Of a DNA stretch of 64,000 nt, positions 29,713 through 38,487 are shown piece by piece (the first letter of the stretch is position 1; each line of letters opens with the position of its first letter). The notes below the pieces were generated by a model. That model was not told the origin of the DNA and did no database searches. It worked only from the letters and a program-made list of their open reading frames with translations. Source of the stretch: an uncultured delta proteobacterium (GTDB taxonomy: Bacteria > Desulfobacterota > Binatia > Binatales > Binataceae); contig CAVXXK010000001.1 in NCBI GenBank assembly GCA_963765675.1, positions 1,440,001 to 1,504,000 of the forward strand, in the 5' to 3' direction. Both the position numbers and the translations under genes were made by a program.

Positions 29713-29742
29713 ATTTTTCGCTTTTTCTTCGCTACGAGTCAA
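29713..29742 (-). promoter_or_regulatory. Promoter with GCGAA-N6-GCGAA direct repeat (candidate repressor/SOS operator)
   Basis: Minus strand TTGACT cgta GCGAA gaaaaa GCGAA aaat atccga ATG. Confidence 0.5.
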
Positions 29743-29917
29743 GTTTGAGGAAATCTGACCTTGCCTTTTGGCTTAATTGGTAAATGACGCGGACGCGGTG
29801 GGTTCGTTCGATACCTTTCAATGCTTTATGCGCGACAGCCATGCGCGACGTGCGCTCGACTACCCGGCGCGATTCGCGCATCGTTGCCGAGGTCGGCGTG
29901 TTAAGGAGGTAGTTTCG

Positions 29918-30768
29918 ATGCGCGTCCAGGTTGGCGATATCAAAATGTTCTTCGACGTCGAGGGCGCGAAGCTCCGCCCCGACGGTCCCGTGATGCGCGA
30001 GGTCCCCACGCTGCTGCTTCTGCACGGTGGCCCAGGCGGAGACCATGCGTCGTTCAAGCCGGGCTACGGAACGCTCACCGATATCGCGCAGGTGATCTAT
30101 CTCGACCATCGCGGGCAGGGGCGCAGCGATGCGAGCACTTCCGACGCGTGGCGGCTTGCCAGGTGGGCAGACGACGTCGTGGCGTTCTGCGACGCGCTCG
30201 AGGTCACAAAGCCCGTCGTGCTTGGCCTGTCGTTCGGAGGATTCGTCGCGGCCGCCTACGCGACGCGGCATCCCGATCATCCGGGCAAGCTCATCTGTGC
30301 TGCACGCGCGCCGGCCGTCCCGCGCCGGAGCGCGAAGCGGAAGTTTTCGAGCGACTGGGCGGCAAGGCGGCGGGCGCGGCGGCGCGCGGATATCTCTGCG
30401 GCGAGACGGCGACCAGCGATCAGTTTCGCGAATTTGTCCGGTTATGCCGTCCGCTCTACTCGCGGGTTCCGTGGGATCCCAACAAGGACGCACGCCAACT
30501 CTGGAAGCTCGACGTGATGCGCTCGTTCCGCGAAAACGAGGACTATACTTTCGATTACCTGGACGATCTCGCGCGGATCAAATGCCCGACGCTGGTACTA
30601 GCCGGCGAGGACGATCCAATAACGCCGCCGTTCTACTCCGAGCAGATGGTAGCGAAGTTGCCCGTGAATCTGGTGCGTTTCGAGCGCTTCGCAAACGCGG
30701 GCCACGGCATCGCCGCCGACGCTCCCGACCGTTACTTCGCCGTCCTGCGCGAGTTTATCGGCTCATGA
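29918..30768 (+). CDS. Alpha/beta-hydrolase (proline iminopeptidase-like), -1 frameshift near 30295
   Basis: AAGGAGGT RBS; LHGGPG, DHRGQGRS, GLSFGG; after shift CPTLVLAGEDDPITP, AGH. Confidence 0.85.
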
Positions 30769-30781
30769 CTATGTGCACCGA

Positions 30782-31345
30782 TTACTCAATCCAGGCGTTG
30801 GGGAGAAAATAGGAGCCTGCGATAAAGGCGATTATACCCAGGGCGATCGCGGGATGTATAAACGCCGCGGGAATCGCTACGCAGTATAGGCAGACCGCGA
30901 TAACGTTTTTGCGGAAGGCGGGACGACTGGCTATTGCGTAGTTCGGGTCGTCCTTGAATTGTGCTGCTATCGCCAGGCGCAGCGCCAAGAAAGATATTCC
31001 AGCCAGGAGCATCACCACGCAATAGAGCGCTGCTGAAAAAGAACTCACGCGCTTCATTCCCATGTAGGCGGTGAAATATGGGACCAGCGAAGTAAAAAAC
31101 AGTAATACGATGTTGGTCCAAAGGATTCGATTATCAACAGTTTCTACTTCGTGAAACATGTGATGGTGGTTTATCCAGTAGGTAGCCACCAGTACGTAGC
31201 TGACCAGGTAGCTGAGAAACACCGGCCATAGATTGATTAGTCCCGCGGGGCCGTTCTGTACCGGCAGCTTCAGGTCGAGCACCATGATCGTGATGATGAT
31301 CGCGAAGACACCATCAGAGAATGCTTCCAGCCGTCCGGGGCTCAA
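30782..31345 (-). CDS. TMEM175 family potassium channel
   Basis: RLEAFSDGVFAIIITIMVLDL signature; YWINHHHMF. Confidence 0.9.
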   Translation of the reverse strand: MSPGRLEAFSDGVFAIIITIMVLDLKLPVQNGPAGLINLWPVFLSYLVSYVLVATYWINHHHMFHEVETVDNRILWTNIVLLFFTSLVPYFTAYMGMKRVSSFSAALYCVVMLLAGISFLALRLAIAAQFKDDPNYAIASRPAFRKNVIAVCLYCVAIPAAFIHPAIALGIIAFIAGSYFLPNAWIE

Positions 31346-31408
31346 GTTAGGCTCGTTCCTCGAAAGTGCGGATGCGCGCGTCGCGCGTCGTCTGTCCGAG
31401 GGTTCACG

Positions 31409-32407
31409 CTACGGCAGCGCGACCAAGTCATGGGCAGGCGGTAGCTTTTCCGCGATCGCGGCGACGGTGAGGCCGCCGTCTTCCGCGCGAATCACGCGGC
31501 CGTCGGTGGTGACGCCGAAGAATCCGCCGCGCTCCGGATCGGAGCGCAGCCGCATCACCATCCCGCGCCCCGAGGCGTACTCGGTCACGAGCGGCGCGAA
31601 TGACGTGCCGCGGTCGCGGCTCATGAACACGATCGCATCTGCGCCCGAATGACTGCCCGACCAGGTGGGCGGAGGACCCGCCGCGGCCGCGGTGAAGATC
31701 GTTTCGCCGTCGTCGACCAGTAGCGGGACGGTATAAGTACGATTGATCCCGTTGCGCACGTGCCGCCATGAAGCGCCCGCATTATCGGAGGTATAGAAGC
31801 CGCGCCCGGTGGTTGCGTAGAGGCGGCGGGAGTCGGCGGGATCGACCGCGACGGTATGAACGTCGTCGTAGAGACCGTCGTTGAGTGTCTCGAAGGAAGC
31901 GCCGCCGTCGCGCGTGCGGAACACTCCTCCTTCTTCCACTCCGACGTACATCGTGCGGGGATCGTGCGGATCGAACGAGATCGAGCGCACGTGCGGGATG
32001 TGCGGCGGAGGCGGAAAGGTCCAGCGCTCGCGTCCCGGAATTTTCAAAAACCCGGCGCATTCGTGGAACGACCGGCCGCGATCGTCGCTGCGCAACAGCC
32101 GCGCGTGCGAGGTGCCGGCGAAAACCTGATCCTTGACCGCGGGCGACGCGGCGACCGCCCAGACCTCCTCCTCGCGCGCGATATGCGGAGTGATGTCGGT
32201 CCAGCTTCTGCCGCCGTCGGTCGAGCGCGAGAGCGTGCCTTTGCCCCGGACGTGCTCGACGCCGCCGGCGTATATGACGGCAGGATCGGCAGAGTCCTGC
32301 GTCATGCACCAGATGCCCGTCGGGTCAGCCAGCACCATCAGCGGAATGCCGGCGCGCTCCGGATCGAGAATGACTATTCCTTTGGCGGTTCCCACGCACA
32401 GACGCAT
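31409..32407 (-). CDS. BNR/Asp-box repeat beta-propeller protein
   Basis: RSTDGGRSW, RSDDRGRSF, RTRDGGASF, SDNAGASW repeats; no signal peptide. Confidence 0.85.
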   Translation of the reverse strand: MRLCVGTAKGIVILDPERAGIPLMVLADPTGIWCMTQDSADPAVIYAGGVEHVRGKGTLSRSTDGGRSWTDITPHIAREEEVWAVAASPAVKDQVFAGTSHARLLRSDDRGRSFHECAGFLKIPGRERWTFPPPPHIPHVRSISFDPHDPRTMYVGVEEGGVFRTRDGGASFETLNDGLYDDVHTVAVDPADSRRLYATTGRGFYTSDNAGASWRHVRNGINRTYTVPLLVDDGETIFTAAAAGPPPTWSGSHSGADAIVFMSRDRGTSFAPLVTEYASGRGMVMRLRSDPERGGFFGVTTDGRVIRAEDGGLTVAAIAEKLPPAHDLVALP

Positions 32408-32488
32408 CGAAGTCTCTCCCGCGTTATGCTGGCGCGATCGTAGCGCAAAGCGGCGCGAGGCAATACTCCGGTGACCGGGTTTGTCCAC

Positions 32489-33346
32489 TCAATACAAGAC
32501 AGAAGGCAGGTACCGGCCGGCCGGTTCGTTGTACAGCCCCATCGTCATCAAGGTCATCGAGAAGACCATGCGCAGCCCCTTGCCGAGGCACCAGCGCATC
32601 AGCTCGCCGTTGCGAGAAGGTATCAGGACGCCAGGACCTTCGAATGCTTTGGCGGCGGCGATGAGCGCCTGCAGGTCGTCGTTGGTCTCCGCAACGGCGT
32701 GCCCGAAGATCGCTATCGAAGTTGCGTAGCCGGTGGTACGGCCTGAGCGCTCGACGACGGTCGCGATACCTTGGCGGATCGCGCTGCGCAGCTCGCCGGT
32801 TCGATTGTGTCCATGTACGCGCACGCAGAGCGCGGCGCAGGAATCGAGGTCGCTTTCGACGGCGGCGCGCACGGTGCATCCGGGGATGGATCCGCCGATC
32901 GCTCTGCCCTGCAGGCAGGACAGATGCTCACGCACCTCGAAGCCGAGTTTCGAATACAGCGAGAGCGAGCGGGAATGGTAGCCCGATTGCACCAGGCGGA
33001 TTCCGGCAAAGCCTTTGTTCTGAGAGCGCTCCATCACCGCGCGCATCAGGCGGCCTCCGATACCGTGGTTCTGCGCGCGCGGATCGATCGAGATCGGGCC
33101 TACGCCGGAGATCGGATTGCGCTCATCGAGGAAATTGCTGCCGACGATCTTTCCGTCCAACTCCGCCACGGCTCCATAACTGCTGGCACTTGAGAGCATC
33201 GTAGAGACCATGCTGACCGCGACCTCTGTACTCGGAAAATCGGGCGGGAAGTTGTGTTCTTCGGCAATCGCTCTGAACGCTTCGTAACAGATTCGGCCGC
33301 ATTCGCTGGCGTCGTCGGGAACGCCTTCGCGTATCGTGAGACTCAT
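32489..33346 (-). CDS. GNAT family N-acetyltransferase (two-domain)
   Basis: GVGPISIDPRAQNHGIGGRLM, SLSLYSKLGF. Confidence 0.88.
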   Translation of the reverse strand: MSLTIREGVPDDASECGRICYEAFRAIAEEHNFPPDFPSTEVAVSMVSTMLSSASSYGAVAELDGKIVGSNFLDERNPISGVGPISIDPRAQNHGIGGRLMRAVMERSQNKGFAGIRLVQSGYHSRSLSLYSKLGFEVREHLSCLQGRAIGGSIPGCTVRAAVESDLDSCAALCVRVHGHNRTGELRSAIRQGIATVVERSGRTTGYATSIAIFGHAVAETNDDLQALIAAAKAFEGPGVLIPSRNGELMRWCLGKGLRMVFSMTLMTMGLYNEPAGRYLPSVLY

Positions 33347-33471
33347 CGGCAAACCTCTCGCGTCAAACTGTCGCGATAGTACTGAAACCGCAGGAAATAC
33401 GACAGACTGCGGCGTCGCATCCCGGTCGAAGCTGTGTTACCCGATACCTTGATCGAGCATCGGAGGAAGCG

Positions 33472-33972
33472 ATGGACGAACCGATCTTGCGCGACGCAAC
33501 CGAAGCCGACCTGCCCGCGATTATCGCGATCTACAACTCCGCGATTCCGAGCCGGATGGCGACGGCCGATCTCGAGCCGGTGATGGTCGATCTGCGGCGT
33601 TCGTGGTTCGAAGAGCACAACTCGGAATCGAGGCCGCTGTGGGTGCTCGCGCGCGGTGCAGAAATTGTTGCGTGGCTGAGCTTCCAGTCTTTCTATGGAC
33701 GCCCCGCCTACCAGGCGACTGCGGAGATCAGCGTGTACGTGGCGCCGCAGCATCATCGGCACGGCTATGCGCGGCGCCTGGTCGGAGAGTCCGTCAAGCG
33801 CGCGCCGTCGCTCGGGCTCAAGACGCTGCTCGCGTTCATCTTCGGCCACAACAATCCGAGTATCGAACTGTTCCGGGGCTTCGGCTTCGAGACCTGGGCG
33901 AATCTTCCGGCGGTCGCGGCGCTCGACGGGGTCGAGCGCGATCTGTTGATCCTCGGTAAGCGGGTCGCTTAA
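33472..33972 (+). CDS. GNAT N-acetyltransferase, phosphinothricin/methionine-sulfoximine (YncA/Pat) type
   Basis: DLPAIIAIYNSAI, TADLEP, FYGRPAY..TAEISVY, IFGHN.PS..LF..FGF; GGAGG RBS. Confidence 0.9.
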   Translation: MDEPILRDATEADLPAIIAIYNSAIPSRMATADLEPVMVDLRRSWFEEHNSESRPLWVLARGAEIVAWLSFQSFYGRPAYQATAEISVYVAPQHHRHGYARRLVGESVKRAPSLGLKTLLAFIFGHNNPSIELFRGFGFETWANLPAVAALDGVERDLLILGKRVA

Positions 33973-33999
33973 ACACAAAGACACCACGCGGCCACTAAG
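33945..33999 (+). repeat. Left direct repeat (attL-like): GNAT 3' end plus palindrome start
   Basis: GTTGATCCTCGGTAAGCGGGTCGCTTA...AAAGACACCACGCGGCCA; recurs at 38325-38390. Confidence 0.85.
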
Positions 34000-34206
34000 C
34001 CTCTATCAGCTTGATAAACTCTCCAGGAAAAGGTGGAAACTTCGTATATCGAGACCTTTTACCAAGGTGAAAATAGACATTTAACGCTACATCGACGACG
34101 GATCGCTCGAGATTAAGTCTGCGGCGCGTTCGTGGTCGGACCGAATAGCTGGGGTCAGCGTTCTTCGCCGAACAGGAATATCGCGATCGCGATCATCGCG
34201 AACACG

Positions 34207-35811
34207 TTATCTCCGAGTAGCGCTTCCGTGCGGGAAGTGGTTACTTCGCCGACGAATTCGGCGTACGGCAAGCGCGACGCCCGCACCCGATGCTCCAAGA
34301 AGAAGCAGCCCGGTTGCTAAGACCAGCTTGGCTACTAGCGGCAAGGCGAACCGCGGACGGAAGTCCATGGATGCACCGACATAGTGGGAGGTGTCCCCGA
34401 CCCCCGTTTCGTAGAAGCTGTTAAGCAGGTGCTCGGTCGCTTGCGGTTGTAGTCCCCATATGTCTGTTGTGTGCCCCATCTGTCGGAGAATCACTTGCTG
34501 GCCCTTGGCGAGGTTCGGCAGTAACTCGTTGGTTGCGAATTGGGGTGGCGTCGAGAAGTCGACGCTGCCGCTGACCAGCAGCGTCTCGACTGCGGAAGGC
34601 TGAACTCTAGAAAGCGCCGCGGAAAGTGGTTGTGCCGGCCAGTTCCTTTCGAGGCCGTCGAACAGCAACAAGCTGAGCGGCGAGCCGAGGATCGAACCAG
34701 CAGGCGCCAGGCTCTTTTTGTAGTCGCGCGCCGGATCGAAGTCGGCGCTGCCTTTGGCAAGAAAGTCGCCCCAAACCCCGATCCTCGGAAGGGCAAAATC
34801 TGCGGCGATTGACAGGAGCGCAAGGCCGCTCGCATCCCCCTTCTCGGCGGCGAGATAGGCATCGAATACCATGGCCGCGCCACCCCGGTTGAAGAGGAGT
34901 AGAAAGGTCACGACCTTAACCTTGCCCGCGTCGATCGGGAACAGCACCCAGCGCTTTGGCATATTGTGGGAGACGTTGCTGATGGTAGCGGCGAGATTGC
35001 TGGTGCGCCCTCGGCAGATCTGATCAGCGGCGCAAAGGCGGGCGTAGTCGCGCAGTTGCGCGTCAATGACGCCCGGCTGCCAAACGAAATGGCCAGGCGG
35101 ATTGACACCGATCATGGCCGAGCGAGAGAGGCGTTCGGGATGAAGCGCAGCGTAGATTTGCGCTATGCGCGTGCCATAGCTTTCGCTGAGGAGGTTGATC
35201 GTTCCATATCCGAGGGCGGTGCGAGCCATCTCCAGATCGGCGACTACCTCGGCCATTGTGTAGCCGGCGAGATCGACGCCTTGGCCCTGCAGGCGGCGCG
35301 CACAGGCGCTCGCGGCTTCTGCAAGGTGTCGGCGCGACGCATCGCTGAGCAAATCGTCGTTGACGCCGTGGAGCGCGTTGCTCACCTCCGGGCAATCGAG
35401 CACATTCGAGCCGTCGACGCCGCGATAGCCAACCATGACAAAGTCGTGCCGCGCGAGCAGACTGGCCGGCGGCTGAAAGCCCACATTGGTCTGTCCCGGA
35501 CCTCCCTCCAACCAGAAGAGCGGTTCGCCAGGATTGCGGCCGGTCGCGCGGATGCGGACGACCGGCAGACTGATCATGCGCGCTCGCGGCATCGCGCGAT
35601 TTTCGGGAACGACCAGCGTCCCGCAATCCGCAGTCGCTTCCCCTTCGCGAGTCTTCTGCTTGCAGGGTGTGAGCCGCAATTCAGCGGCTGTTATGGGCAT
35701 AGCGAGGCTCTCAGGGGCTAAAGTCACTGCCCCCATGACCGAGACCAAAATGAGCACTGCCGCGCGGATCCCCCGGCGACGATCTACGTCCATCGGCCGT
35801 AAGGCACTCAT
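34207..35811 (-). CDS. Secreted alpha/beta-hydrolase (tripeptidyl aminopeptidase/TAP-like) with C-terminal TM anchor
   Basis: Signal peptide, CGTLVVPENR, LEGGPG, YRGVDGS..LDC, ESYGT, GSVDFSTP, MGH. Confidence 0.85.
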   Translation of the reverse strand: MSALRPMDVDRRRGIRAAVLILVSVMGAVTLAPESLAMPITAAELRLTPCKQKTREGEATADCGTLVVPENRAMPRARMISLPVVRIRATGRNPGEPLFWLEGGPGQTNVGFQPPASLLARHDFVMVGYRGVDGSNVLDCPEVSNALHGVNDDLLSDASRRHLAEAASACARRLQGQGVDLAGYTMAEVVADLEMARTALGYGTINLLSESYGTRIAQIYAALHPERLSRSAMIGVNPPGHFVWQPGVIDAQLRDYARLCAADQICRGRTSNLAATISNVSHNMPKRWVLFPIDAGKVKVVTFLLLFNRGGAAMVFDAYLAAEKGDASGLALLSIAADFALPRIGVWGDFLAKGSADFDPARDYKKSLAPAGSILGSPLSLLLFDGLERNWPAQPLSAALSRVQPSAVETLLVSGSVDFSTPPQFATNELLPNLAKGQQVILRQMGHTTDIWGLQPQATEHLLNSFYETGVGDTSHYVGASMDFRPRFALPLVAKLVLATGLLLLGASGAGVALAVRRIRRRSNHFPHGSATRR

Positions 35812-36065
35812 CTCCCGCCTAGCGTGATCGACTTGTTCTTCGAGTCATGGAGCATCGCACCACGCTTGGCGATTATCGTGTTCTGGTCATGCGGGTCGCG
35901 CGCGTCTGAGATCAGGACGCTCTTCATGCTGGAATCGGTGTCGGACATCTTGACGATCCGGATTGCGCGATCGCGAAACTTCGGCTCGAGGTACTTCTCC
36001 CAGAGGTCCGGCAACTCCATCACATGCGAGTCGCAATCGATGACGATCGAATCAGCGGCGCTCAT
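35808..36065 (-). pseudogene. Amidohydrolase N-terminal fragment
   Basis: VIDCDSHVMELPDLWEKYLEPKFRDRAIRI is an amidohydrolase_2 start, but ORF ends after 85 aa. Confidence 0.7.
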
Positions 36066-36089
36066 CGCTCAAAACCTAACACGAAGGCC

Positions 36090-36267
36090 CGCACAAAGTC
36101 GGATCGCGTACTTCACGTCCCGTTCTTTTAGGGCTTGGTAGAGTTCCGGCTTGGCAAAGGCCGCGTCGGCGCGGACCGCTACTTCCTTGCTCTGCTCTTG
36201 TTGCCGCTCGATCTCGGGCACCAGCAGTTGTTCCCAATCCTCGGCGCTGTGGACGTTGCCGCGCGGG
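36090..36267 (-). mobile_element. IS1380-family transposase internal fragment
   Basis: Minus frame not in ORF track: PRGNVHSAEDWEQLLVPEIERQQEQSKEVAVRADAAFAKPELYQALKERDVKYAIRL. Confidence 0.8.
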
Positions 36268-36279
36268 CACCATTCACGT

Positions 36280-36660
36280 TCAAATCGGGCGATTTCGTGT
36301 CTCTTTCTGAAGAGTCACGAAGACCAATTCACCTGCGTGTACGGCATCGACGCGATGCCACGTGCCGCGCGGCACTACGCATGCTTCGCCTTCGCGGAGG
36401 TTGATCACGCGATGTGTCTTGGCTTCTTCGAGCGTCACTGCCACTTCGCCAGACGCGAGAAAAAGAATTTCGTCTCCCAGCGGATGAATCTCCCACCATC
36501 GCGCCGGCCCATCGATGTGCGCCGCGCCGAAAAACCATCCGTCGGTCTTCAGCGCATGGCCGTAGGCAGCTGGAATCCTCCCAATCTCGGCCTCTCCCTT
36601 CGCGCCAAGAAGAACGTGTGTGCGCAACAACTCGAAGGTCGCGTTGCTTGAGGTGCTCAT
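36280..36660 (-). CDS. Cupin domain protein
   Basis: WEIHPLGDEILFLASG, VVPRGTWH; ATGA overlap with upstream VOC gene. Confidence 0.85.
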   Translation of the reverse strand: MSTSSNATFELLRTHVLLGAKGEAEIGRIPAAYGHALKTDGWFFGAAHIDGPARWWEIHPLGDEILFLASGEVAVTLEEAKTHRVINLREGEACVVPRGTWHRVDAVHAGELVFVTLQKETRNRPI

Positions 36661-37118
36661 ACGCCGATCTTGATTCCAGGCGGGAGTTTCCATTGGTCTG
36701 CGGAGAGTTCCCGGTCTATCTGAGAGAATTCCCAAAGATGGCCCTCGAGATCACTCGCACGATAGTGACGACCGCCCCAGAAACCCTCCTCGATCTCGCG
36801 TACGATTCGTGCGCCCGCCGCTTTGGCACGCTCGTAATGATGATCGACGTCATCAACATAGACCTTCACCGACTGCGTTACCTTACCGATGCTTTTGGGG
36901 CTATTGACATCATGCCCGCCCGCGCTCGATATGCCGACCAGCCCATCGCCAATTTCCATCCAGGTAAGAACGAAGCCCTTGCCGGTCAGGCGCGCGTCGC
37001 TGCGTTCGCGAAATCCAAACGCACGTGCAAGCCATTCAATGGCTTCTGGCACATCGTCGTAGACGACCCCGGGGACCACACGCGGGCTTTGCCAAAGTCG
37101 GGATTGATTCTGAGTCAT
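36657..37118 (-). CDS. VOC/glyoxalase family protein
   Basis: AIEWLARAFGF, VYVDDVDHHYERAKAAGA, DLEGHLWEF; AAGGAGG RBS. Confidence 0.88.
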   Translation of the reverse strand: MTQNQSRLWQSPRVVPGVVYDDVPEAIEWLARAFGFRERSDARLTGKGFVLTWMEIGDGLVGISSAGGHDVNSPKSIGKVTQSVKVYVDDVDHHYERAKAAGARIVREIEEGFWGGRHYRASDLEGHLWEFSQIDRELSADQWKLPPGIKIGV

Positions 37119-37202
37119 GATTGCCTCCTTTGCCCGTTTTGAAAAGAGACCAACGGACTCCTGCAATCTACTAAGCCCGCGCTCCAGCGTCTTGTACGAA
37201 TT

Positions 37203-38144
37203 TTACCTGGCCGCCGCGTTGTCAGCTCGAAAGCTCTGGCCGACGACTGATTGAGAGAATTCGGTCGGGGTGCATCCGGCAAACGCTTTGAAGTCGCGGA
37301 CGAAATGGGCCTGATCGTAATAGCCGCAATCCAGAGCCAGACGCACCCAATCGGGTGGTCCGCCCCGCTCAATGGACTTGACCGCTCGGTTGAAGCGCAT
37401 GAGACGTGCGACTGCCTTCGGAGGGATCCCGACGTAGTCGCGAAACTGCGCGATCAGGTGCTTTTGGCTGCATCCCGCTTCGTTTGCCAGCGATCGAATA
37501 CTCAGGATCCCGTCCGCATCCCGAAGCTTCTGCCATGCCCATGCGGTCCTCAGAGCTTGTGCGCGTGAGCGATCCAGCCGTTGTGCGACGATCGAATCGA
37601 TAATCGAGAAGCGCGCCTCCCAATCCGAATTATAAAGCTCCGCCGGGAGCCATCGCTTGATCTCTGGGTTAACTTCGTCAAGCTCGACAAAGCCGTTCGC
37701 AAGCTCGTGCATCGGCACGTCAAATAGGATGTGTGCTCCGGCGGGTTTCAGACGCACAACCAGCACGTGCTGCGCTCCGGTCTCTTTGCTGATTACATGA
37801 GTGTCGTGAACCCCGATCACCGCCGCCCCGCGATGGGTCGTCCAGCTCGACGCGAGGGCAGGATGCTGTATGCGGTACGGGCTGCCCAAATTAAGCAACA
37901 ACTCCACTTCGCCCGATGGCAGGTGCCGTTCGCGGGCGAGCTCAGTCCTGCTATTCAGACCCAGATATCCGAGCACGAATGCACTGAGCTCGGGATGAGG
38001 AGCGCGGGTGGCTTTCTCCCATGTACCGAAGCCCGAGTCACCACGGGTGATCTGTGGGCGCGGCGAGCTTCGCGAGAACTGTGGCGTCAAGAGGTTCAAC
38101 TGAGGAACCAGCGGTCCAATCCGACATAAGGATAGGTTTTGCAT
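37203..38144 (-). CDS. AraC family transcriptional regulator (start uncertain)
   Basis: PHPELSAFV, FRDYVGIPPK..ARLMRF, LALDCGYYDQAHFVRDFKAFAGCTP. Confidence 0.88.
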   Translation of the reverse strand: MQNLSLCRIGPLVPQLNLLTPQFSRSSPRPQITRGDSGFGTWEKATRAPHPELSAFVLGYLGLNSRTELARERHLPSGEVELLLNLGSPYRIQHPALASSWTTHRGAAVIGVHDTHVISKETGAQHVLVVRLKPAGAHILFDVPMHELANGFVELDEVNPEIKRWLPAELYNSDWEARFSIIDSIVAQRLDRSRAQALRTAWAWQKLRDADGILSIRSLANEAGCSQKHLIAQFRDYVGIPPKAVARLMRFNRAVKSIERGGPPDWVRLALDCGYYDQAHFVRDFKAFAGCTPTEFSQSVVGQSFRADNAAAR

Positions 38145-38324
38145 CCCGCCGAGTCGAACGTTACACGCAGGCGGAAGGCGTTGCTGAAATCTCCACCGTA
38201 GAACATCCGCTTTTTACTCGTGCCTGATTGCTTGCGCCATCCTATCATCTGAGCGCCCGATGACCCTCCGGTGACGGAGGCGGACGAGATGGTGAGGATG
38301 AGCGGAGTGGGAAGAAGAGCGCCG

Positions 38325-38390
38325 GTTGATCCTCGGCAAGCGCGTCGCTTAGTGGGGAAAAACACCAAAGACACCACGCGGCCATCTAAG
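38325..38390 (+). repeat. Right direct repeat (attR-like): displaced copy of GNAT 3' end
   Basis: GTTGATCCTCGGCAAGCGCGTCGCTTAG encodes LILGKRVA*, then AAAGACACCACGCGGCCA. Confidence 0.85.
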
Positions 38391-38479
38391 ACACTAAGGC
38401 ACGAAGAAGAAAAAACTGGGCGGGACTTTCCCGAAGGAAAGTCCCGCCTGTTTTATCTGTGTCTTCGTGTCTTGGTGTC
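38390..38479. repeat. Long palindrome with GACAC(C/T)AAG(A/G)CACGAAGA arms
   Basis: GACACTAAGGCACGAAGA (38390-38407) vs TCTTCGTGTCTTGGTGTC (38462-38479). Confidence 0.7.
38411..38454. terminator. Bidirectional intrinsic terminator
   Basis: A run, GGCGGGACTTTCC-cgaa-GGAAAGTCCCGCC 13-bp stem, T run. Confidence 0.85.
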
Positions 38480-38487
38480 CGCTTGGA

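Larger units (their letters stand above)
33945..38390. mobile_element. Direct-repeat-bounded cargo island (~4.4 kb) without integrase
   Basis: Flanking direct repeats, atypical codon usage, IS1380 remnant, truncated genes, all cargo on minus strand. Confidence 0.7.

Noticed and set aside
34000-34110. AT-rich segment as an IS terminal inverted repeat or attC site
   Set aside because: No matching partner end and no RYYYAAC/GTTRRRY pair identified
38096-38377. Minus-strand ORF ending ...KKRMFYGGDFSNAFRL as an amidohydrolase C-terminus
   Set aside because: Similarity too short and weak to support
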